DNA of 33,315 bases from a virus (taxonomy: Duplodnaviria > Caudoviricetes), in IMG/VR virus record IMGVR_UViG_3300037991_006145, positions 1 to 33,315 of that record; one strand, given 5' to 3'. Position numbers and translations under genes: made by a program. Below are positions 7,998 to 16,310 of the stretch, piece by piece. The notes below the pieces were generated by a model. That model did no database searches and was not told the DNA's origin. It saw nothing but the letters and a program-made list of their open reading frames with translations. Positions within the stretch are counted from its first letter, which is position 1. Each line of letters begins with the position of its first letter.

Positions 7998-10900
7998 CCC
8001 CCGATCTGAGACCTCAGGTCATTGACCTCTTCCTTGAGTTCCTTGATCGCTTCGATGAGGAGGGGAACAATTTTTTCGTATTGAACTGTCAAATACTTAT
8101 CATTGACAGGAGCCGGGAATACTGCCTCTGGTAATACCTTTTCAATTTCTTGTGCAGATACACCAGACCATCTTCTGTCTTCTGTAAATCCTAACTCTTT
8201 GGCAGTTTCATTATGAGAATATGTAAATCCACGAAGTGACTGAACTTTTTCAAGAGCATTTTTAATTGGTTCAATATCTTTCTTCAGTCTGATGTCTGAG
8301 GTAAATGCAGTGATGTTACCTACGGCTTCGATAGTATTACCTTTTAAAAGTCCATCTTTAACATTAAATCTAGAATTCCATAGTTGAACTTCGTTAGTGT
8401 TCGCATTACCAGCGACAGCACCCGTAGTGCCAGTATTATTGGTAGTACGTAAAACCATTCTTGCATGATAATCTGGAGAATTGGCACTATTATTACCTGG
8501 AAAATCGTCTTTCACAAAATCAATAAATCCACCGTAATTATTACCATCATCTCTTCTTAATTCAATATAACCAAAATATGGGTTAGTTCCTTGAGCAACA
8601 CCTGCATTAACGACTGGTGCGTTTATGGTAACTTGACCATTATTATTTCTAGTTACAGAGACAGCACCTGAACCTACCAATCTTACATTATCATCATTAC
8701 CATCAGTTCCCTGTAAGTGTAAATATGGGTCAGTGTTATTACCACCACTATTACTACCATCAGCATTTCTAGTAGCTTTTAATTGATAAGTTGTATTACC
8801 ATCAAGATCAGATGAAGTGATATATCCCGCACCATTTGTTAGTTGATTATTATTAGTAGGTATTGTGGGTGTACCACTCAGGTCATCATAATCACCAGAA
8901 GTTGCAACAGTCGCAAGACTTGGTGTACCACTCAGGTCACCATAAGCACCAGAAGTTGCAACATCCGCAAGAGTTGGTGTACCAGTAATATTATCATAAG
9001 AAATGCTAGTATTACTCGTAATTAAATTGTTTACTGCAGTATCAAAATTAGAAATATCAGTTGTCGAAATAGTATTAAATACTAATCCTGTTTCTGCAGA
9101 GTTTACTTGGACATATCTTGATCCAAAATCCTCAAAAGTTGATGGGGTATCGGATAGATTAGTAAAACCAATTCCTGGAAGTTCCGTGATATTTTTAACA
9201 ATAATATCACCAGTTACTTCAAATTCTCTTGCCTTTATTTTACCTGCGGTAATGACACCTCCACCAGAAGTTGGTATGGTATGTTCATCCGCATCAGTTT
9301 CTTGAACGACTCCAAATCCAATATTTCCATTTTGGAGAATATTGACTGCCTCCACTTGATTCGCAACATTTTGATTATCTGAAAAAATTGAAAGAGAGGC
9401 AGCATTATCAGGTCTTGCTCCCATATAGAGGATACTAAATCCATCATCGGCATAATAATTATCGTTATTGCCAGAAATTCTTAATACTGTGGAATTTTGA
9501 AGTTTCCCATGATAACTTATTGCTGGAATAGTTCCTGGATTTCCTCCCCCTAACGATGAAGAAGCGACAGTATCTATTTGAAATGTCGTACCGATAACAC
9601 CACCACTTGTTCGTTCTATTATATGAAAACCATCTGCATGTCCGACAGAATTATTATTATTAAATAAGATAGCTGTATTTTTTCCTGATAAAGTCAGTGT
9701 TGATTGTGATAAAATTAAATCATGATTAGTGACGCCTGTAATTCTTCCTTTAGTATCAACAGCAATTCTTGGAACTTTATTAACTTTAGTATTATCATTG
9801 GTATCCAGATCTGGGTAAGATCCTTCAGTGACATCCGTGGTACTTAGTTCTAACGGAATCGCATAATTGTTTTCACCAGTGAAAGGAATAGCATTACCAT
9901 CCTCGTCATTAAGTTCTCCGCCACTGAAATCAGTTCCGGTAATGGTTATATTCTTACCAGGATCCAATTTAGCAGCTGAATCTGATTTACCTGCAAGTGC
10001 TCCATCAAATTTGGTGGCATATATGACACGGAAGTGATCACTTGAACTACCAATGTCTATCCCATCAGCATCATCAATTTCTGTTGCATCATGAGATGGT
10101 AAGATGGCACTATTAACTTTTGCATTAATGGTTAATGTATCACTATTAGCATCTCCAATGGTGGTAATACCACTAATGAGTACATTGGCACTAAAGGATG
10201 CATTTCCGGTTACCGAAAGACTAGGATCCGCAGTTCCATCTAAAGTAAGGTTACCTGCCGTTATTCTATTTGTATGGGGATTATATCGTAATCCAGAATC
10301 ACCTAATAAACTCTGATATTCATTCTCACCAGTAATACTAGCGGGATCAGTACTAATAAATGTCAGATAATGAGTTGCATCGTCCTCATTTTCAGTTATT
10401 TTTATATTATTCGCATCATTTGTAACTTGATTAAGGAAATCTGCAGTAACAGTCTCTATTTCAGTGACCAATCCTTTTGCATTAACTTTAATTTTTGGAA
10501 TTGCAGTGCTGCTACCGAATGTTCCTGGAACACCGTTACTGGTGTTTACAGTTTTTAACGTGAGTGCAATTCCTACATTTTGAGTTCCATCAAATGTTGA
10601 GGCAATAGAAACTACATCTTCATTAAAAGTAATTTGTTGTGGAGTTGCAAATTTTGTCGCACTATCTGCATTATCCTTTAAAGTACCAAAAAGTTCATTG
10701 GTGTATATTTTATTAATTTTACTATCAGTGGCACCAATATCTATGGTTCCTGATGGTATAATATTAGTATCAACTTTTGCATTAATACTTACCGTATCAG
10801 AATCAGTATCTCCAATGTTAACATCTCCATTAAGAGTTGAAATTCCGGTTACAACTAAACCCGTTCCAACTTTTACATCTCCCGATATATCAAGTATATT

Positions 10901-13900
10901 TGTATTTGGATTATATTTTATACCGTCATCAGTGCGAATAGTTCCAAATCCAGTAGTATCATCATTGAAATCAACAAATGTTATATAATGATCGGCATCT
11001 GTATCTGTTGATCCAATTCCAACTGTATTTGCGGCAGTTGAAATCGCAGTTACAGTATCACCTATCAACTCTCTAACATATATTTTTCTCCAATACTGAT
11101 CTGATTTACCAAGATCTACTCCATCACTAGTTTCATTAGTATCTGCACTCGTAGTGGGGAAAAATGTTGATGCAACCGAGGCACTTATGGTTATCTGATC
11201 AACACTTTCATCATCACCAATGGTGACATTTCCAAGGAAAGTTGAAAGTCCAGATACATTCAAACTTCCACTGGACATATTTCCATTAATGCTAAGTGCA
11301 TTTGTATTTGGATTATAAGTTAACTGATTATCACCATATAGATTTTCATAGTCTCCAGAATTAGCAGGATCATTTTCAATAAATGTCAAATAATGTAGTT
11401 TGTCCATTTCGGAAGATTTTTCCGTGACAAGTATTTTGTCTGCCTTTCCTGCCGTGAGAGCACTTCCATCAATATCGACATTAGACGCTGCTGTTACTCT
11501 ACCTTTAGTATCAACAGTAAGAATACCAACCTGAGTGCTAGATCCATAAGTTCCGTCTTCTACACCAGTAGTTGTTAATGTAAGTGCAAATCCTACATTT
11601 TGAGTTCCATCAAATGTTGAAGCAATAGAAACTACATCTTCATTAAAAGAAATTTTTCGTGGAGTTTCAAGTTTTGTCGCATCTGCCGATGTTCCAGCAA
11701 AATTAACTCCATCAACATTAGTCGCATAGATATAATCCCACCTACTACTTTCGGCACCGATATTTACAGTTCCGCTTGGAATGATACTAGAATTAACTTT
11801 TGCCGTAAAAGTTACAGTATCACTATCTGGATCATCTCCTAGAGTGGTATTACCTCTAAGGGTCAAATCTTCTGCAAGACGAATTTGAAGGTTATTGTCA
11901 CTAGGAACAGAAGTTACTATTTCATTCGCACTTCCTGTAATTGAAAATGTTTCACTATCCAAATCAATAGTTCCAGTTCCAGTGTCACCACTGAATGCAA
12001 GGTCATTGGCTGCGTCTACAGTATCATCAACATATTTTTTAATTGATTGTTGAGTGGCAAGTGCTGTTGCACTATCAGACACCATATCATCTTCATCAAG
12101 AATCGTAGTGATACCAACTAAAGTCTGTCCTAGTTGTCCAATTTCTAATTGATTTATGGTGGCGATACCAGTAATCACCATGCTTTCACCAAGGAGTTGA
12201 TCATTAAAGACATCATCCTTTACAAACAGATTACCACCAACATAAAGATCTCCACCAGTTGTGGTAATTCCACCACTATTTGCAAGTGTAGTTGCACCAC
12301 CGACAATTAGTTGATTATTAATATCGACATTACCAACAAAAGTAGATACTCCAGTTACGTTTAAATGTAGTGTTTTAGTTGTTCCAAAAACATCAAGTTT
12401 TGTCGTTGGTGCTGTACTTCCAATACCAACACCAGTATTAGGAATGTATATAAGTTCTGAGCTATCTACATTAATTCTGTCATATGTGGTTTTATCTGCC
12501 AAATCTGTATTAACGACATCACCAAAATGAATATAATGCGTCGTAGTTGAATCTGTCTGTTCCGTAATTGCGACATTCTTTGCCTCACCAGAAGTTATTT
12601 CATCACCATCAATGTTTACCTCTTCTGCCGCCGTGACTAATCCTTTTGCATTAACAGAAACTCGTGCATAGGCAGTTCCTGTATCATTACCAAAAGTACC
12701 GACATTTGAATTGACAGTACTCAGTGTAAAAACAAAAGGAACATTATCTGTCCCATCAAAACTTATTGTAGGAGCAGTTCCGTCTCCACTAATAGAAAAA
12801 TCCCGTGCATTTAATAATTTTGTCGCGGTATCGGCATTTCCTCTTAAAGAACCATATAATTCGTATGCAGTTACGATACCAACAGCAATCTTTCCAGTAT
12901 TATCCGAACTTATTGGACTATCAAATCTATTAGTTGCAATACCAAGGGCATTTATGGATGGATTATAAATTAAAGATTGATCACCAAATGCAGTTGCAGT
13001 GCCCGAAAATACATCACTTAAGAAAATAAATCTATTTGTATTTGTGCTATCTTCCGTTATATCAGTTTTTTCTGCACTTCCAGCAAGTTTACCAACAAAT
13101 TCGTCGGCATAAATGTTTTTCCATTTTTTTAATGTCGAACCAAAATCATGTTGATTATTGACTGAAGGAACTGCCGTTGATCCGAATCCAACAGATCCAC
13201 CGACATATAAACTACCAAGAATACCAGCACCACCGGCAACTTTAAAGGCACCTGTATAGATACCAGTTGATGATGTAGTATTTGTTATCGAAGTAATACC
13301 GGCAACATTTAATCGTTTTGCGATACCTACACCACCAGTAATTTTTAAAGCACCTGTAGTCGGATTGGTAGATTCTGTATCTTTTGTGAAGGTAACGGCA
13401 CCATCGACATTTAACTTCTTATCGATATCGGCACCACCTTTAACAATCAATGCGGCGTTTGTACCAGAAAAGTCAGTGGTATCTGTAATTTCTACCTTAT
13501 CAATTTTAACAAAACTACTACCATCACCACTTATAATTAAATTTCCTGTTGTTGCAGTAATATTATTACCATCAATTTCAATATTATCAACTGTTAATTT
13601 TGCTGTCGTTGCAGCAGTACCTACATTTAAAGTATCAGTATCAGTGTGAGTTGCATCTATTTCTTTAATAGTCGCTATACCAACACCATTAACAACAGTT
13701 AATTGTTCAATATCTGCTCTAAAAATATCGGCAAGTCCAGTAATTGTGACATCTGTTAATTCACTATCAGTTGCATTAAAAGTAGTTGCCGTTACTGTAT
13801 CATGTACAAGAATTCCGGTAGTATTCGTTTCTAATCTCTTTGTACCAGCATGATAAAGTTCTACTGAACCATCTACAACTGCCCTGACCATGTGTGCGAA

Positions 13901-15301
13901 AGTACCACCTTTGGCGAGTTGAATTTCACCACCAGTGCTTTGAAGTGATAGGTTCCCTACTCCAGTATCAGTAATATGTGAATGACTTCCACTATGATAA
14001 ATCTTCAGGTCGGCATCGTCACCGAAAGTTGCCTTTGCATTATCTGCAAACTCTAATTCACTATCAGACTTATTCCATATGGCATTATAATCTGCACCAG
14101 TAAATGTAATAGTTTCTCCAGTGAATGTAGCATTTCCACCTACATCCAGAGTTTGACCTACGTTTAAATTATTTAAAATATCGACACTTGCATTAATATC
14201 TAAATTTCCACCATATGTTGAGATACCTTGAACATTAAGTGTTCCTACTTTTAAGTTTCCAGTTATTGATGCAACACCAACAACATCCAAATCAACTTGC
14301 GGTAATGTGCTTCCAATACCAACATTATTAACACCACTTATGTCATTAAAGACAAAATTAGATGCTCCACCTATTTTCCCAACTTCATTATGATATTGAA
14401 CACTTCCACGAATTCCACCGGCATTTGGTTGAATAGTTCCCTGATCAACCCATATTAATTCTTCTGAACCGGATTTTTTTACTAATAAATTACCGGCGGC
14501 ACCTTCAAAATTATTAGAATCATATACGGTTCCGGTCAATCTCAGATTACCCTGAACATGAAGCATTTGTGTCGCGGCAGTCGTACCGACACCAACATAA
14601 TCATTTGACTGATTATATGTTAAATTTAATGCTCCATTAAACTCATCATTGTCATTAAAAATAAATTGTCTATTTTCGGAGAAAAACTCAGGTGTTACTT
14701 CTATCTGTGCTCTAATACTAGGATCATTAAAGATTGAAATTGATGATGGAGTTACTCCCGTGGCATTACCAGCTTGTTGTAATTCACCAGAGGTATTAAA
14801 ATTTCCATTAACATTTGTAAGAGTTACGATACCGGAGTTTGTTGTTGAAAATTCTACTGCACCAGAAACTCCCGAATTACCAATCTGCGTTACTATCTGA
14901 TCTTTACTAAAACTAAAATTACCACTCAAATTGAGTGTAGATACTTTTACAGTTTGAGTAGTGGCTTTGACACCCGCACCAAGAAAATCTAATTGAGTGA
15001 TACTACTTAATGAACCGACTAAGTTAGTTTCATCAAAAACACTAATTGATCCTGGAATTAATCCACCTTGATTAGGAATCCAAAATCTTTCTCCAGGAAA
15101 TCCATCAACGGCAACAACAATATATTGATCACCGGATTTTACAGGATTTGCACCTTCAGATGATGGTCCGACCTTTGGATCACCAAGATCTGGTTCGGCA
15201 TGTTCTAATCCAAGATACCTATATCTCTGTTCATCTATTCGTTCTCTGGGTGGCTTTCTCCTCTTACCACTTAAAACAGAACTACTAAAATACTTTGCCA
15301 T
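7994..15301 (-). CDS. Very large tail fibre protein (2435 aa) with internal repeats and C-terminal Peptidase_S74-type chaperone
   Basis: Repeated GIGST, LNVxGxSTF and ATKL...FDGT.NV...V.AKG.VT modules. C-terminus GNITAFTSDIRLKKDI...VQYEKIVPLLIEAIKEL. Confidence 0.85.
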   Translation of the reverse strand: MAKYFSSSVLSGKRRKPPRERIDEQRYRYLGLEHAEPDLGDPKVGPSSEGANPVKSGDQYIVVAVDGFPGERFWIPNQGGLIPGSISVFDETNLVGSLSSITQLDFLGAGVKATTQTVKVSTLNLSGNFSFSKDQIVTQIGNSGVSGAVEFSTTNSGIVTLTNVNGNFNTSGELQQAGNATGVTPSSISIFNDPSIRAQIEVTPEFFSENRQFIFNDNDEFNGALNLTYNQSNDYVGVGTTAATQMLHVQGNLRLTGTVYDSNNFEGAAGNLLVKKSGSEELIWVDQGTIQPNAGGIRGSVQYHNEVGKIGGASNFVFNDISGVNNVGIGSTLPQVDLDVVGVASITGNLKVGTLNVQGISTYGGNLDINASVDILNNLNVGQTLDVGGNATFTGETITFTGADYNAIWNKSDSELEFADNAKATFGDDADLKIYHSGSHSHITDTGVGNLSLQSTGGEIQLAKGGTFAHMVRAVVDGSVELYHAGTKRLETNTTGILVHDTVTATTFNATDSELTDVTITGLADIFRADIEQLTVVNGVGIATIKEIDATHTDTDTLNVGTAATTAKLTVDNIEIDGNNITATTGNLIISGDGSSFVKIDKVEITDTTDFSGTNAALIVKGGADIDKKLNVDGAVTFTKDTESTNPTTGALKITGGVGIAKRLNVAGITSITNTTSSTGIYTGAFKVAGGAGILGSLYVGGSVGFGSTAVPSVNNQHDFGSTLKKWKNIYADEFVGKLAGSAEKTDITEDSTNTNRFIFLSDVFSGTATAFGDQSLIYNPSINALGIATNRFDSPISSDNTGKIAVGIVTAYELYGSLRGNADTATKLLNARDFSISGDGTAPTISFDGTDNVPFVFTLSTVNSNVGTFGNDTGTAYARVSVNAKGLVTAAEEVNIDGDEITSGEAKNVAITEQTDSTTTHYIHFGDVVNTDLADKTTYDRINVDSSELIYIPNTGVGIGSTAPTTKLDVFGTTKTLHLNVTGVSTFVGNVDINNQLIVGGATTLANSGGITTTGGDLYVGGNLFVKDDVFNDQLLGESMVITGIATINQLEIGQLGQTLVGITTILDEDDMVSDSATALATQQSIKKYVDDTVDAANDLAFSGDTGTGTIDLDSETFSITGSANEIVTSVPSDNNLQIRLAEDLTLRGNTTLGDDPDSDTVTFTAKVNSSIIPSGTVNIGAESSRWDYIYATNVDGVNFAGTSADATKLETPRKISFNEDVVSIASTFDGTQNVGFALTLTTTGVEDGTYGSSTQVGILTVDTKGRVTAASNVDIDGSALTAGKADKILVTEKSSEMDKLHYLTFIENDPANSGDYENLYGDNQLTYNPNTNALSINGNMSSGSLNVSGLSTFLGNVTIGDDESVDQITISASVASTFFPTTSADTNETSDGVDLGKSDQYWRKIYVRELIGDTVTAISTAANTVGIGSTDTDADHYITFVDFNDDTTGFGTIRTDDGIKYNPNTNILDISGDVKVGTGLVVTGISTLNGDVNIGDTDSDTVSINAKVDTNIIPSGTIDIGATDSKINKIYTNELFGTLKDNADSATKFATPQQITFNEDVVSIASTFDGTQNVGIALTLKTVNTSNGVPGTFGSSTAIPKIKVNAKGLVTEIETVTADFLNQVTNDANNIKITENEDDATHYLTFISTDPASITGENEYQSLLGDSGLRYNPHTNRITAGNLTLDGTADPSLSVTGNASFSANVLISGITTIGDANSDTLTINAKVNSAILPSHDATEIDDADGIDIGSSSDHFRVIYATKFDGALAGKSDSAAKLDPGKNITITGTDFSGGELNDEDGNAIPFTGENNYAIPLELSTTDVTEGSYPDLDTNDNTKVNKVPRIAVDTKGRITGVTNHDLILSQSTLTLSGKNTAILFNNNNSVGHADGFHIIERTSGGVIGTTFQIDTVASSSLGGGNPGTIPAISYHGKLQNSTVLRISGNNDNYYADDGFSILYMGARPDNAASLSIFSDNQNVANQVEAVNILQNGNIGFGVVQETDADEHTIPTSGGGVITAGKIKAREFEVTGDIIVKNITELPGIGFTNLSDTPSTFEDFGSRYVQVNSAETGLVFNTISTTDISNFDTAVNNLITSNTSISYDNITGTPTLADVATSGAYGDLSGTPSLATVATSGDYDDLSGTPTIPTNNNQLTNGAGYITSSDLDGNTTYQLKATRNADGSNSGGNNTDPYLHLQGTDGNDDNVRLVGSGAVSVTRNNNGQVTINAPVVNAGVAQGTNPYFGYIELRRDDGNNYGGFIDFVKDDFPGNNSANSPDYHARMVLRTTNNTGTTGAVAGNANTNEVQLWNSRFNVKDGLLKGNTIEAVGNITAFTSDIRLKKDIEPIKNALEKVQSLRGFTYSHNETAKELGFTEDRRWSGVSAQEIEKVLPEAVFPAPVNDKYLTVQYEKIVPLLIEAIKELKEEVNDLRSQIGG
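8868..9000. repeat. 54-bp (18-aa) tandem repeat, about 2.5 copies
   Basis: ggtgtacc at 8868, 8922 and 8976. The unit encodes YxDLSGTPxLAxVATSG. Confidence 0.88.
10563..11681. repeat. Dispersed direct repeat, about 100 bp, offset exactly 1020 bp (10563-10661 vs 11583-11681)
   Basis: The 59-bp core tcctacattttgagttccatcaaatgttgaRgcaatagaaactacatcttcattaaaag has one mismatch between copies. It encodes FNEDVVSIASTFDGTQNVG. Confidence 0.92.
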
Positions 15302-15307
15302 AACTTA

Positions 15308-16309
15308 TTATACCTTGCTAGTCTCCAGAATACTCATAATGAGTTCCATTTGTACCGGTGATACAGTTCCACCACCAGTTTGAACTCCGACATTCACAGT
15401 AAAAGTGTTTCCGATTCCTATAAAAGTTGTGACACCGAGTGTATTTGAATTATTGGCAGGATCAGTTGATCTCGGATACTTTTTCTCGTCTGAATAATTA
15501 TCCTGAGAGCATTTAAAAACTAAAGAATCATTAGTAAATTTAATAGTATCACCTGTTGTTAGATTGTGTGGTGTAGATGCCGTAACTGAAAGTATTCCTG
15601 TAACAGAATCATACGTGGTTCCTTTTATCACCTGTATTTTTGTTCCTGCTGCAGGAATTGTACCTGAAACGATAGTAATAGGATCCGGATTAGCACGAAT
15701 AAATCGATGTTCTGATGGTCTAAAAGTATGTGGCAAATTAGCCACAAGTCCTGTATTTGTCGTAAATATTGTGGATGTTCCTACAGTTTCTACCTTAAAA
15801 GTTGTTTGCGGATTTGGAAAAATTGAACTTGTAATACCTCCCGTAGATGGACAATCAAATACCAATCCGTCCAGTACAATTTCATCATCTACATTAAATC
15901 CGTGAGAATCATAGGTAGTTATGGTGGTTAATCCTGTTGTATGATCATATTGTGCATCATAAACAGTTCCTACACCGGACTGATATCCTCTTACAAAAAC
16001 AGAATCTATTTTTGTCGCATCTCTTTCTAATACTAACCTTCCATCAATAATAATAACGGCATCTTGTGGAGGGACTTCAATATCTTTAATTAATCTTATA
16101 TCTCTAATGTTTCCATTGGTTGCGGTGGCCTTGCTCGTTCTTCTATGAGTAAAACTAACTAATGGATAAGATTGTCCAATACCGACATTTGCCACTGCGG
16201 CATAAAGTATAATCGCACTTGTTCCTTGTGAAGCTTCATAAACTTGCTGATTACTTGGAGTGATTGGGACTGCTTTTGTAAGAAATTTATTTAGAGGTGC
16301 GATTGCCAT
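15308..16309 (-). CDS. Virion structural protein (333 aa) with two YDxxTG...H.L/F..(G)D.I beta modules
   Basis: Tightly packed between fibre genes. Internal duplication YDHTTGLTTITT..HGF..DDEIV..LVFDC / YDSVTGILSVTA..HNL..GDTIK..LVFKC. Confidence 0.75.
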   Translation of the reverse strand: MAIAPLNKFLTKAVPITPSNQQVYEASQGTSAIILYAAVANVGIGQSYPLVSFTHRRTSKATATNGNIRDIRLIKDIEVPPQDAVIIIDGRLVLERDATKIDSVFVRGYQSGVGTVYDAQYDHTTGLTTITTYDSHGFNVDDEIVLDGLVFDCPSTGGITSSIFPNPQTTFKVETVGTSTIFTTNTGLVANLPHTFRPSEHRFIRANPDPITIVSGTIPAAGTKIQVIKGTTYDSVTGILSVTASTPHNLTTGDTIKFTNDSLVFKCSQDNYSDEKKYPRSTDPANNSNTLGVTTFIGIGNTFTVNVGVQTGGGTVSPVQMELIMSILETSKV

Positions 16310-16310
16310 A

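Noticed and set aside
1194-8320. Diversity-generating retroelement TR/VR pair or invertible fibre cassette
   Set aside because: The two similar C-termini differ at scattered synonymous sites rather than only at adenines. There is no reverse transcriptase or invertase, and I saw no flanking inverted repeats.
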